Source: Candidatus Poribacteria bacterium
GTDB taxonomy: Bacteria; Poribacteria; WGA-4E; WGA-3G
Length of the DNA stretch: 64,000 nucleotides
Assembly: GCA_965205025.1 (NCBI GenBank)
Contig: CBDBFU010000026.1
Coordinates: 64,001 to 128,000, forward strand
Reading direction: 5' to 3'
Shown here piece after piece: positions 8,118 through 20,896 of the stretch (the stretch's first letter is position 1; the number at the start of each line of letters is the position of its first letter). The position numbers and the translations under genes are program-made. The notes beneath the pieces are model-generated. The model was given only the letters and a program-made list of their open reading frames with translations, ran no database searches and had not been told where the DNA came from.

Positions 8118-9487
8118 TGTTTATGCTAAAAGCATTATTTCGTTTATTTGCGTTACTTTTGTGATTTCGATATTTCTATTTCTCGGTGAAAATGCAAAAA
8201 CAGAGGCAAATGCAAAAGTAGAGAAAGCTAAATTTGACGCTTACAACAGAACGAAGGGTACTGTAGGTAATCTTTATTCTAAGATTAACAACGAAATGAT
8301 TACACTGGGTCAATACTTTGCCATCCGAACGGGTATTGTCAACATGCTTGCGGAGAACAATGAAGATATTCGCGATAATGCGCTGAATGCGACAAGTTTG
8401 GAAGGCGCAATATCAGCACTGGGTCTGAATCTTTTGGATAAAATGGACGGGGTAACGTTAAAAAATCAACTTGACGGTGCCAATGCGTCTATTGAGAAAA
8501 TTCATACAGGACAATATTGCCTCAGTATATGAGAGAAAAGGCGATGAGAAAACCCACACGATGATGGGGTTTAGAGAAGCTTTTTCTCAATTAGTAACCC
8601 GGTATAATGCTCTTGACGCAGAATATACGTTACAGGCAAACAAAGATATTTATGGGGCGGCAACAGCCACTTCTAATAAAACGGATCTTTATCAAACGGA
8701 TCTGTATATTGCAATGCCTGATGCGGAAACTGTGTTTGTTACCAAGTGTCCTAATCCATCGGGTAATTGCTACGGTTATTATGAGGATGCGAATAAAGAT
8801 AAACGAACCTGTTTTGAAAAACATGGTACTTCCGGTGTGTCGAATATCGTGTATTGGACATGTGAAAATGATGATGAAACCTGTACTCGTTCGTCGGAGC
8901 ATTGGTTGCCCTGTCCGGGTAATTGTGGTGAAAAGTATCCACCTAAGAAAGTGAGTAAGGGGCGTGGTCAATTTTATTATTCTGATAATATAAAATTCCC
9001 GCATGAGGTGAAATGTAAAGTAGATGTGTGGGATGGTTTTTGGAAGTTTTGGGCGAAATGTTCAAATATTTGGTATACTTGTCAGCATAGTAGTTGTACG
9101 AATTCATCGGCTCATGATGATGGTAATAGTAACTCCTATTATAATGAGGATAGCAGTGGCAGTGGCAGTGGTAGTGGTAGTGGTAGCACACCGTCAACAC
9201 CATCTACACCGTCAACACCGACCCCGACTCCGACTCCCACACCTCCAGTAGACAACTCGCCGGATTGTAGTTATTGCACGGATAGTTGTAGTGCGTGTCA
9301 AGCGGTATGTGCGAGTGGGTGTACTTATGATCCGAGGAAACCAAATCAGGTAAAGGAGCACAAGACGCGCACGTGTCGATACTGTGGTCAATCGTGGCAA
9401 AACTGTGGGGCTGGAAGTGGAAGACCTGCTACTTGCAACGATGAAAAGCGGCGGAAGAATGGCAAAGGCTGTTGGGCAGAAGATTAA
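8104..9487 (+). CDS. Secreted protein B2 (paralog of B1), split by a +1 frameshift near 8497-8500
   Basis: ORFs 8089-8532 and 8471-9487 join if one A is removed from GAGAAAATTC, giving NASIEKFIQDNIASVY, colinear with B1 RVKVDEYIATKIDKGIY. Confidence 0.8.
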
Positions 9488-9519
9488 CTTTGTCTACTTG
9501 ACATCAGATTAGATTTTAT

Positions 9520-9551
9520 AGGCAGGTATCCATTATTGGGTATCTGCCTTT
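9520..9551 (+). terminator. Rho-independent terminator, copy of 7253-7286
   Basis: AGGCAGGTATCCATTATTGGGTATCTGCCTTT. Confidence 0.8.
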
Positions 9552-10068
9552 GTTCTCTTTTCCTTTCCTACCTTTTTTATTTTCTGCTACGCATTCCTTC
9601 ATTTGTTTTCGGACAGATTTCTGTATGAATACAAGAGCGTCTATCCCTTCATTTCCCAAGCACTGTTGAAATTGTTCATCTCCGAAAAAGTTTACACACC
9701 CATTATCAAAGTCACGTTGGATTAAGTACAGTAAATAATGATATAATTTTCTGGCCTGGGTGTTTGTCCTTTCTAAGCTATGTGGATATTTTATAGCTTT
9801 AGGTCAGACTCTCATTTATTCAAGTATTTTGACGAATGTATTGATACTTACTAAAGCATATTATCTACCTAATTGTTTATTATCTGAACAAGATTGACCA
9901 AATTCTTTACATACATATTTATAATTCTACCTATTTATGGAAGGATTCTTTCTATTTGTAATGTCAAAATAATTATCCTTCTTCCCTACAAAGCCTACCT
10001 AAGCCACCCTCTTTATTACATACATTATTTATTTGTAATTCACATGATTTCAATATTGTTTTAGCGTG

Positions 10069-10084
10069 TTGGCATAGTAATTGC
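10069..10084 (+). promoter_or_regulatory. Sigma54 (-24/-12) promoter
   Basis: TTGGCATAGTAATTGC, with GG-N10-GC spacing, ~180 bp upstream of the cytochrome gene. Confidence 0.65.
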
Positions 10085-10264
10085 GAAATGTATAATATTG
10101 ATGAATTAATTAAGCAATGTTAAAAAATCTTATGTTTTTAGGAAGGGTGGAAGAAGTGTTTGTGTTCGCTATTTTCCCAACTTCCATGCATCTAATCCTC
10201 CAACGCATCTGAAAACCAAAACAAATAAATTTAATCTTTAAACTTGAAAGGAATGAAGTATAAA

Positions 10265-11197
<933 letters not shown>

Positions 11198-11343
11198 AGA
11201 TAATCAGGTCTGCCATTTTAGAATTAGACATAAAAACTGAATAAGAATAATTACACTATGTATACTGTATACAGAGATAAGTTATTCATAAGTGGACAGT
11301 TCACTAATATCATATTGTATGTTATCTGATGAAATGTTATAAT

Positions 11344-11790
11344 TATGACTTGTGCCAGTTAACTAAATGTATTTGTTGTTTTTACGGATTTTGGTTTTTT
11401 ACTATAGACATTCCGTCCCTACGGGACTCAAGATAGTGGTCAAACACGTTTTCTATAGACATTCCGTCCCTACGGGACTAAAGAAAGTCTTAACTAATGT
11501 AGGATATTCATATCAACTATTGTATATGTGAAATTATTGGTTGCTAAAAGTTATTTAGCACAACTCGTTATAATTATGACTTATGTTAGTTACGTGATAG
11601 TCTTGTTGTTTTTCACAACTGTTCATATTCTGTAGGAGCGCTCTCCGAATAGCGACACGTTTGTAGGTGAGAATCGGAGTTCCCACCTACCTTGAGGTTG
11701 TCGGCATGGAAAAAGTTGATGAATATAGACTCAAACGAGACGAACATATGAAATGTATACATAACAAATGTTAACTAACACAACGCGTTA
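11344..11790. repeat. Two tandem inverted-repeat-bounded cassettes (family D) carrying REP-like hairpins
   Basis: TATGACTTGTGCCAGTTAAC...GTTATTTAGCACAACTCGTTA (11344-11570) and TATGACTTATGTTAGTTAC...GTTAACTAACACAACGCGTTA (11575-11790); TATAATT at all three junctions; two CTATAGACATTCCGTCCCTACGGGACT copies in the first. Confidence 0.65.
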
Positions 11791-11828
11791 TAATTGGAAA
11801 TACTTCATCCATATCACCGGATATCAAG

Positions 11829-13861
11829 ATGCATAACATTAATAAATACACCATCAAGAATTTATTACTCCAATTTATATTATTCCAAATACTGAGTTTC
11901 ATAAGTATTTCCGCTCAGGTAAATCAAGAACCCGTTGAACTTGAGAAAATTGTTGTAACTCCTGGTAGGTTTATGATCTACGATGGTCCAGTTCCCCAAT
12001 TATCACTTTCCAAGACAGAAATAGAACAGTTTCCGTTAATTGGTAACGATATAATGCGTTCAGGTCATATTTTTCCTGGAGTTGTAGCCAGTGATTATAG
12101 TGCTCGTTTCAGTGTACGTGGTGGAGAAAAAGGATGGTGTATCCGTACGGTTAGATGGAATGGAACTCTATAACCCTTATCATCTACAGGATTTTGGTGG
12201 AGCAATATCCCTAATCGGTCTTAAGTTAATCCAACGTGCAGATCTTTTGATGGGAGGGTTTCCTGCAGAGTATGGTCAGAAGATGTCAGGAGTCTATGAT
12301 ATTACGACGAAATCACCAAATCCTGATAAGATCTCCGCTAATTTGGGTATTGATCTCATAAACACAACTGTAGTGTTGGAAGGTCCAATAACCGATAAAG
12401 GTGGATGGCTTCTTTCTGCACGCCGGGGTTATATTGACCTCATTTTGGCACTCATAGATATTGATGAACAATACAATCCACAATATGCAGATGTATACGG
12501 TAAGTTTGTGTATAAACTCACTAACGACGATACAATAACGCTAAATGGGTTATACGGTTGGGATAAAAACCTCATACGAGTTGATGATATAGATAATAAT
12601 TTGGATTCACAATATGACAATTCAACCATTTGGTTGAAATGGAAACACTCTTTCGGTACATCACATTGGTCAGATGTTTATGTTTTTGGTGGGACATCAA
12701 GTCAAGATAGAACAACAGGGAAGGAGGATCATGATAATCGAGATTTTAGGTTTTTGGGTACAAAAGTTGAATACACAGCTAACATATTAGAGAAACACAC
12801 TTTACGTACTGGTCTTGAGTGGCGTTGGTTATTTGGTGAATATCAATACGATGTCAATGAACGGATCGCAGGTATAGAAAAATATAGACATATTAATGCT
12901 GATATTGAAGATAGCGGGAGCGATATAAAATTTTTCCTACAAGATGAGTGGCAACTTCATTCTAAAGTCGCGCTTAATGTTGGTGGACGATATATAGTAC
13001 AAAACTATCGTGAACCTGATATACAAACCTATGAAATTGGTCCACGGCTCGGACTTGCAGTACGACCAAAAAAGAACTTAGTATTACGGGGTGCATGGGG
13101 AATTTACCATCAACCTGTAGATATTATGTCTATACCTGTGGAAGATGATATACAGTCCGTAGGTCGCGCAGAACAAGCTATTCACTATATATTAGGATGT
13201 GAATATAATCCGAGCAATAATTTCCTTATTCGTCTTGAAGGATATTATAAGGAATACGACAATTTGGTAGGTAGACTTAGGGAATTTGGTCGACAAACAC
13301 AGATTTTTGCATCCCCTGAATCGGCTAATGCTAAAGGGTTTGATGTATTTGCTTCCCATGCGGTTTCATCTCGATTTACATGGGGACTGGGGTATGCATA
13401 CGGTATCGCAAAAGAACAGACAAAAGAAATATCAATCTATCGACAAAATGATCGACGCCATTCTCTGTTTCTAAGTAGTAGTTATCAGATAGCTACAACT
13501 TGGCATCTTTATCTTAGTTGGCGTTTTCATTCAGGTGATCCAAGAACACCGCTCATACACAAACCTGTTACATTAGATGGCAGTATCATAGCATGTGACC
13601 GACAGTTTGGTGATACACATTCTGAACGTCTTCCTTCCTATCATAGTCTCGACTTTAGAATAACAAAACGTAGTCCATATAAACGATGGAACCTATCTTG
13701 GTATTTCCAAATCCTGAATCTATATAACAACACGAATGTAGATCAATATGCATTTAGTGAAGTGCGGGGACGAAAATACGAACGAAATTACAGGTTGTGA
13801 AATTGGAGAAGAGCCATTGTTACCTATAATCCCAACCTTAGGGTTGACGATTACATTTTAG
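11829..13861 (+). CDS. TonB-dependent receptor, split by two +1 homopolymer frameshifts (~12127-12131 and ~13766-13769)
   Basis: LEKIVVT TonB-box-like segment, plug motifs SVRGG and GGFPAEYG, LPSYHSLDFR; the repaired C-terminus ends LPIIPTLGLTITF* with terminal Phe. Confidence 0.85.
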
Positions 13862-13886
13862 CTTGGATATGATAGAGAATAACACT

Positions 13887-15833
13887 CTAATTGCTCAGTG
13901 TTAGTAAGTTCCATATCAGTACTGTTCCATCAGAACTTACACTTGCAAGTGTTTCGTTATCCGGTGAAAACACAACGGCATTGACGTTTTGTGTATGTCC
14001 GGTAAAAGTTTGTAAGTGTTGTCCTGTCTTTGTATTCCAGATATGGACAGCATTGTTTCCTTCACTTGAACTTGCAAGGATACTACCATCAGGGGAATAT
14101 GACAATGAAGTTACTTGTCCTGCTTCTTCAATTGGCGGCAGCATCAAGTCACCTGATTTAACATTCCATAATCGGATTGTGCCATCCCGACTTCCACTGA
14201 CAAGTGTTATGCCATCTGGAGAAAATGTGATTGCAGTGACTGCATCTTCATGATCTGTCAGAACTTTTAGGGAAGTTCCGGTGTCTACATCCCAAAGTCG
14301 AATAGTTTTGTCATGACTTCCACTTGCAAGTGTTTTACCATCGGGAGAGAATGCTAATGAAGTGACACTCTCTGTATGTTCAGTCAAGGTCGTCAAACGA
14401 TCACCAATTAGATACATTTCACCTTTGCGTATTTCCCACAGACAGACAGGAAAATCTCTATTGGTTTGTTTCTGATTTCTTGTTTTCTGATTATTGACTC
14501 CGCCTCCGCTTGCAAGCAGGTTTCCATCAGGTGAAAAGGCAACCGAAGAAATTACTTCTTTATGTCCAGAAAAGCTTCCGAGAAATCGTCCAGTCTTCGT
14601 GTCCCATAGGCGTACCTTTTTAGATGTACCACCGGTAGCAAACAATTTTCCATCGGGAGAATATGCAATAGAATAAACATCACAAGACGGTTCAGTGATG
14701 TTATTCAGCAGTTCGCCGGACTGAGGATTCCAAAAACGAATTTCAGACTCTGTACCACAAGTGAGTGTGCTGCCGTCAGTTGAATAAACAGCAGAATAAA
14801 TCTCAGTTGATAGATGAGCAGTTATCTCATTTATGAGTTTCCCTGTTGCTGCATCCCAGAACCGAATCGTGCCATCGTCACTTCCACTTGCTATTGTCTT
14901 TTCGTCCGGTGAAAACGTTGCAGAATTGACCGTGTCACGGTGTCCCACGCTGACTATAGGTTTCGCAGTGTTAACATCCCAAATATCAACTCTGTCCCAG
15001 TTGCTTGCGGTTAAAAGGTGACGTCCATTGGAAGAAAACTCTATAGATTTCAAATCACCTATCCACTTTGTGTAATTCTTGATGAGTTTTCCTGTTTCGA
15101 CATCCCAAAATAGGAGTGGATTTTCCCCGGCACCAGCAAGTAATAGGCAATCTGATGAAAACTTTGCAGAATTCAACTTTGCATCAATCAGTTCGGTTTT
15201 TAAGTGTTCACCTGACTCAATGTTCCAGTACTCAATTTCCATTTCGTATTGGCTATGAGGTCCGACAATTAGCAGTGTGGTACCATCAGGAGAGTATGAC
15301 ATTTCTGTCGCTGACAAACTATTAGACTTGATGGTTTTTACAAGATTGCCAGTTTCCGTTTCCCATATTCTGATTTGCCAATCTTCACTATCACTGGCGA
15401 ATGTCTTTCCGTTCGGATGGAATGCTATCTTATTTATACCATCTTCATGTCCATCGCATGTGTTTATGTGCTGTTTAGTGTTTACGTCCCATAATCGAAT
15501 AGTGTTATCCTCACTTCCAGTTGCAATAGTATTACCGTCAGGACTGAAAACAATAGATGTTACTGGACCGGTATGTCCTGTGAGTAGGTCGAGTGCGTCT
15601 CCTGTTTGGACATCGTAAATCCAGATTCCGATGGTCGTAGCAACAGCAATTCGTTCTCCATCTGGAAAGTATTTCAGTTGGTAAATTTTGCTTTTGCCAA
15701 AACGTGCTTTTGCCCCCTTAGGTAATCCCACACGTGTATCATCTTGACAGAAGGCAAGAGTTGACATGAATGTAAGGATGAATAGTATAGAAATTAATGG
15801 AAATGTAGCGAATAAGAGACTAAGTATTTTCAT
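13887..15833 (-). CDS. Secreted WD40-repeat protein
   Basis: Signal peptide, LPKGAKARFGK cap motif, many GH...V..VAFSPDG..LASGS.D.TIRLWD repeats. Confidence 0.92.
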   Translation of the reverse strand: MKILSLLFATFPLISILFILTFMSTLAFCQDDTRVGLPKGAKARFGKSKIYQLKYFPDGERIAVATTIGIWIYDVQTGDALDLLTGHTGPVTSIVFSPDGNTIATGSEDNTIRLWDVNTKQHINTCDGHEDGINKIAFHPNGKTFASDSEDWQIRIWETETGNLVKTIKSNSLSATEMSYSPDGTTLLIVGPHSQYEMEIEYWNIESGEHLKTELIDAKLNSAKFSSDCLLLAGAGENPLLFWDVETGKLIKNYTKWIGDLKSIEFSSNGRHLLTASNWDRVDIWDVNTAKPIVSVGHRDTVNSATFSPDEKTIASGSDDGTIRFWDAATGKLINEITAHLSTEIYSAVYSTDGSTLTCGTESEIRFWNPQSGELLNNITEPSCDVYSIAYSPDGKLFATGGTSKKVRLWDTKTGRFLGSFSGHKEVISSVAFSPDGNLLASGGGVNNQKTRNQKQTNRDFPVCLWEIRKGEMYLIGDRLTTLTEHTESVTSLAFSPDGKTLASGSHDKTIRLWDVDTGTSLKVLTDHEDAVTAITFSPDGITLVSGSRDGTIRLWNVKSGDLMLPPIEEAGQVTSLSYSPDGSILASSSEGNNAVHIWNTKTGQHLQTFTGHTQNVNAVVFSPDNETLASVSSDGTVLIWNLLTLSN

Positions 15834-15894
15834 GTATGTATGACTCCTATAATGGTGTGGTAAGCAGGATTGCTGTCTCTATAATGAAACGAAC

Positions 15895-18626
15895 CTATTG
15901 GGGGACGTTCCACAGAAGAATAGTACTGTCCCATCCTGAAGTTGCAAGCGTTTGACCATCTGGTGAATATTGCATGAAATAAATATCTTGTATATGTCCT
16001 CTGTCAGAAGTTTGAATGACTTCACCAGTATCAGCATCACAAAAGGATAATCTTTCGTTCGAGTCAATGCCAACAATAGTGCGTCCATCTGGAGAGTAAG
16101 TCCGAAAATATGTTTTTTCTTCTGACGTAATGGTTCTAATGGGTTCATCACTATCTTTATGCCAAAACTGGATCTCAGGTTTTTTATATTCCCATGACAC
16201 AAATTTTTCCCAGTTTGGGGAAAGTGCGACAGTGTCACCGCGAATTGCTCTTACATTTTCTCCGGTATTTATATCCCAAAAACGTATCATTCCAGAATCA
16301 CCCGAACTCACAAGCATTTTTCCATCTGGTGAATATTCAATTTCTCTGACAATATCCTTCTCTCCTGTTAGAACTTTTATAGTTTCACCTGTGTTGACAT
16401 CCCACAATCTGATTGTCTCATCCCAACCCCCACATGCAAGTGTATTTCCATCAGGACTGAATGCCAATGATTCAATGGTATCCTTGTAACCAGTAAAAAC
16501 GCGTCCGTGTTCCCCTGTTTTCGTGTTCCATAACCAAACCGTATTCCTTGTGCTATCCCAACCCCCACATGCAAGCGTTACACCATCCGGAGCATAAGTG
16601 ATGCAAGTAATCCTTTTTGGATGCGGATTGTATGTTTTCAACAATTTTCTGGTATATGTATCCCATAACCGAAGACGTTTCATTGAACTTACGAGAGCCA
16701 AAGTGCTTCCATCGGGTGAGTATTCCATATCTGTAAACATATTTGCATAACCAGTGATTGACCGTATGTGTGTGTTTGAAGCAACATCCCAGAACCGAAC
16801 TGCACCATCACTCCCAGTACTTGCCAGTGTTTTCCCATTTGGAGAAAAGATAACTTTCTCTGTTGATGCTGGTGGACTTGAAATGGTGTTGCGTTTTTCT
16901 TCGTTAGACACATTCCAAAATTGAATTATGTCATTATCGTTGTTTATTACTCACCAGTGTATTTCCATCAGGACTAAAACACGAGGGAAGCAACAACATC
17001 ATCAACTCCAACGGAACCAGTTACATTTACTATTGTTGTTTTAAGTTTACCTGTCTGTGGTTCCCATAAGTGAATTGTACCAACATCACTGCCACCTGCA
17101 ATGGTTTTTCCGTCAGATGAAGATGCTATAGAGGTAAGATTTCCCGTATGTCCAGAAAATGTACGTATGAATTCTCCGTTGTTAGCATTCCATAGGTGGA
17201 TTGTCCCCTCACTCCTACCATAACTAAGAAGCATTTCACCATCTTTTAAATACATTACTTCTGATACTCTATTTGCATGTCCAGCAAAGGTAAAGCGGAG
17301 TTCACCAGTAGATACATCCCATATACGTATTGTTTCATCATAACTTCCGCTTGCGATTGTCTTCCCATCGGGACTAAAGGTAATTGATTTGACTATATCT
17401 TGATGTCCAGAAAATGTTCGTATCTGTTCTCCATTTTTTAAGTCCCAGAGCAAAATCGTGTTATCTTTTCCCTCACTCGCAAGCAGTTGGTTGTTTGGAC
17501 TGAAGGCAATCGCAGAAATACTATCGGTGTTTTGTGTGAGTAGGTCAATTTCTTTTCCTGTGTGTGCGTCATAGATCCATATACCGATTGTACCTGCTGC
17601 GGCAAATAACGTGCCATCAGGTGAATACTTCATATCAAATACGAAACCTTTACCAAGGCGCGCTTTAGCATCTTGAGGTAATTTCCATTGTGTAGAATCT
17701 TGATCAATATTGTTTTCCATAGGTGTTTCTCCACTTTGAAGTCCATCGTTGCTGTTAATTCCGGGGACAGTATCGCTTCCAATCCGATTTCGTAGATCAG
17801 ATTCTGATTTAATATTGAGGATTATCGGGGCTTCAACAATTTCTATAGTTGTTTCTGATTGCGCATCAAAACTATATGGCAACTGATAACGAGTTAAGAG
17901 TTGATTGCTTATACCTAATAAGAATACTATTAAGAAAATAGTAGAACCCAACGCTCCTAACGGTAACAGGGGTTTCGTACCAGAAGGAGGTGTTGGTTCT
18001 GTGTCATTGATTTTCTGCATGATATTATCTGTTAGATTTGGGGATATTGGAACACTACCGAGAGTTTCGCGTATAATGGTTACATCTTCCCTTAGACGTT
18101 TGCGTGCACGGCTCAACCGACTTTTTACTGTGTTCGGTGACACTCCTAAGAACATTCCAATTGCGTCACAGGTCATCTCGCCAAGATAGTGGAGTATTAC
18201 GACTGTGCGTTCAATTTCTGGTAGTTTTTCCAGTAGCTTTTGTACAATTTCACGACGGTATTCAATTGCCTTCCCTTCACGTTCTTGCGAAATATAGTAT
18301 GCATAAGCAGATTCATCTAATGTTTCTTGACTCATGGTATTCAACGAATGAATTGAATGTTTGTTCTTACGTTTCCATGCAATGCACTGTCTTTTTGCTA
18401 TAACATAGAGCCAACCAGAAAATAATTTTGGATTCTTAAGGGTAGGTAATTTATTGTACACCTGCAAGAAGGCATCTTGGGTGATTTCTTCAGCAATATG
18501 GTAATCACCAATTTCCCGCCATGCAAGTGCATGAACGCTCTTTTGGTGTCTTTGAACTAACTCGCTAAAGGCAGCTTCATCACCTGACAGTATATCTTGG
18601 ATTAATTCAATGTCATCTTTTTTCAT
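15895..18626 (-). CDS. ECF sigma factor-TM-WD40 fusion, split by two +1 insertions near 16940-16980
   Basis: Sigma regions 2 (AEEITQDAFLQVY, FSGWLYVIA) and 4 (GVSPNTVKSRLSRAR), TM helix, WD40 repeats; ORFs 16974-18638 and 15895-16911 join as VFSPDGNTLVS..NDNDIIQFWNV; colinear with 32408-35155. Confidence 0.85.
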
Positions 18627-18660
18627 CAGATCTCTCAAAAATAGTGAATCTGAATATACA

Positions 18661-18689
18661 TGACGCGATTTCGAGGTGAAATAGTTGCA
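18661..18689 (-). promoter_or_regulatory. Putative ECF sigma promoter
   Basis: TGCAAC-N16-CGCGTCA on the minus strand; same motif upstream of two other ECF genes. Confidence 0.75.
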
Positions 18690-18732
18690 TCGTTGACATA
18701 ATTTTGCAAAAAATGTATATTTTTAATTATAA

Positions 18733-20748
18733 CTATAGATAATCTGTCAGATTCCAAAGCAGAATAGTGCCGTCATGACTCGCACTGGCTAAAAGTTTGT
18801 TGTCTGGAGAGAAGGCGAGTTCAATCACATCTGAGACATGTCCGTTAAAAGTGACAAGATGTTTACCGCTCGCGACTTCCCACAGACCAATGGGATACCT
18901 CTTTAAATCCTTGTTCCAAGATGCTATACTTGCTAAGTACTTCCCACCTGAAGAGGATACAGGTTTTTCAACATACTCACATTCTTGAGGTAGTGATAAC
19001 CTCTTTTCAATTTCAAACTGTTTCGATTCATATAGGCATGTATCATCCTCGCAGAATTTTCGGAGGGTGATATCCCAATATGGAATTTCTTCATCTCCAA
19101 AGCAAACAAGGTGCTGTCCACAATCGCAAAATCGGAATCCCGTGACTCTATCATTTGGTAACAATTCTATCTCTTGACCAAGTTCCATGTCCCACAGTCT
19201 GACATTTCTTGCCTTTGATTCACTTACGAGTAATTTTCCATCCTGACTGAATTTCAACTCATAAACAAAATCGCCATCATCGTCGTCATCGTCAACGTTT
19301 TCATCACTTGGCTCAAGGGGATGCATAAATTCATGAAGTTTCTCTCCATTCTGCACATCCCACACTTGTACGGTGCCGTCCTCGCCAGCATAAGCGAATA
19401 GCGTGCCTGTTGGCGTTAATACTGGAAACGCGCTCCAGTATAGTCGTCCAGTTCCTTCAATTAGTGGAATTCCATCACCATCAGCATCCCAGAGGGTAAC
19501 AGTGTCATCTTTGATACTTGCGACATGGAATTTACCACTATCAGTTTTATACAGAAACTGATTTTTACCAGCTGATTCCACTTGAACTGCTGGACGCAAA
19601 CGTTTACTTGCAACATCCCACAACACGACACCCTCATGATGATGCTGAACGGCTAACGTCTTTCCATCCTGCGAGAAGAACATTGATGTTGGAAACGAGA
19701 TAGGTGAATGCACTAATTGACGTTTAACAGGATTGTCAGTAGTCCACACGTTGATAAATTCATGTCTGCACTCGTAAGCAAGTTGTGAACCGTTTGAAAA
19801 TAGGACATTGTTGCCCCAATCACCAGTATAGGAAAAATCAATAGTATTGCCCCATACCTGATCCGTGTAAAGTTCTTCTCCACTTTCAAGGGTACGGACA
19901 GAAATAGTAGCTGGACCGGTATCGTCATAATGGACAATTGCTGCGCGGAGAATACCATCCGGTGTCCAAGAAGGGATAATACGATAGACGCGACCATAAT
20001 CGGTATAGCACTTCACTTGTTGCCACGTATGAACATCCCAAACGTACACGGTGCCATCTTCGCCACCAGAGGCGAGAAACTTCCCGCATGGTGAAAAACA
20101 AAGTGTAGTTACCCAATAGGTGTGTGCTGAGAGGAACGCAATTTGTTCACTGCTTTGCATATCCCATACGACTATTGACTCCGCCCCGTCTGTAGTAGCA
20201 GAGTTGCAGGTAGACGCAATCAGTCGAGTATCAGGTGAGAAACAAACTGGGCGGTAGATTCCACCTTTTCCAATATCTGCGGTTAATCTTGCAAACGGAT
20301 TCCCAGTTTCCGCATGCCAAACTTCAACGACAGATGTACTCCAATAAGCTACGGCAAAATAACGGTTATCATGGGAAAAGGTCAATCCTTCTAAGAAAGT
20401 CTCTGATTTGACTTGTGTCAAGCAATTGCTGTTCTGGACATCCAAAGTCTTAAGTATTCGACTTGAGAAACTGACGGCTATCCATTTTCCGTTAGGCGAA
20501 AAGGCAACAGATTCTACAACCCCTTGATACTCCTCCCAAAGTGCGATTGGAGAAAGCTTTTTCAGGTCATATAACCAGAGTCCTATGCATGTGCCAATAG
20601 CAAGATATTGTCCATCAGCTGAAAATGCGATTTTAGGTTCACTTCCACGTCCTAATCGGGCTATCGCGCCTTCGGGAAGTGCCCAAGTTGTCACATCACC
20701 TTCAAATGAACCTACTGGCATAGGGATTGAGCGTTTTTGGTTTTCCAT
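18733..20748 (-). CDS. WD40-repeat protein; paralog of the WD40 part of 29613-32228 without the sigma domain
   Basis: MENQK.SIP.PV.SFEGDVTTWALPEGAI.RLGRGSEPK shared with 29613-32228; AAGGAG RBS. Confidence 0.88.
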   Translation of the reverse strand: MENQKRSIPMPVGSFEGDVTTWALPEGAIARLGRGSEPKIAFSADGQYLAIGTCIGLWLYDLKKLSPIALWEEYQGVVESVAFSPNGKWIAVSFSSRILKTLDVQNSNCLTQVKSETFLEGLTFSHDNRYFAVAYWSTSVVEVWHAETGNPFARLTADIGKGGIYRPVCFSPDTRLIASTCNSATTDGAESIVVWDMQSSEQIAFLSAHTYWVTTLCFSPCGKFLASGGEDGTVYVWDVHTWQQVKCYTDYGRVYRIIPSWTPDGILRAAIVHYDDTGPATISVRTLESGEELYTDQVWGNTIDFSYTGDWGNNVLFSNGSQLAYECRHEFINVWTTDNPVKRQLVHSPISFPTSMFFSQDGKTLAVQHHHEGVVLWDVASKRLRPAVQVESAGKNQFLYKTDSGKFHVASIKDDTVTLWDADGDGIPLIEGTGRLYWSAFPVLTPTGTLFAYAGEDGTVQVWDVQNGEKLHEFMHPLEPSDENVDDDDDDGDFVYELKFSQDGKLLVSESKARNVRLWDMELGQEIELLPNDRVTGFRFCDCGQHLVCFGDEEIPYWDITLRKFCEDDTCLYESKQFEIEKRLSLPQECEYVEKPVSSSGGKYLASIASWNKDLKRYPIGLWEVASGKHLVTFNGHVSDVIELAFSPDNKLLASASHDGTILLWNLTDYL

Positions 20749-20825
20749 AAAGTCTTCTCCTTGTCTTTGATCAAGGGTATCTTGAAGTATGGATTCTTCC
20801 TGTTTTAAACGATTTCGCGCTCGGT
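20749..20825 (-). pseudogene. Remnant of ECF sigma region 4 C-terminus
   Basis: In-frame RARNRLKQEESILQDTLDQRQGEDF matches RARNRLKREEPILQDILDQGQGEDF of 29613-32228; homology stops abruptly at ~20825. Confidence 0.75.
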
Positions 20826-20896
20826 CATTGTGCGCATTCGGTGTTGTTTCCCCATGGGATTTATCAAACTCACTTTACATCTATACTCCAGTACCA

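Larger units (their letters stand above)
4183..9701. mobile_element. Possible family C cassette enclosing the structured leader and both two-gene modules
   Basis: Degenerate left end GGGTACGTAAATAATTTGTCAC (17/22 match to 27159); right end AAAAAGTTTACACACCC (9685-9701); no matching target duplication. Confidence 0.3.

Noticed and set aside
8490-8505. Programmed frameshift or phase variation in B2 and other split genes
   Set aside because: Runs are short, and the same +1 pattern affects unrelated genes; sequencing error is more parsimonious.
6640-9487. Near-identical B1/B2 3' regions as a DGR template/variable repeat pair
   Set aside because: Both copies are coding, the differences are not restricted to adenines, and there is no reverse transcriptase in the window.
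11402-11479. Two 27-bp direct repeats as a possible CRISPR
   Set aside because: Two copies only, REP-like hairpin GTCCCTACGGGAC, located inside an IR-bounded cassette.
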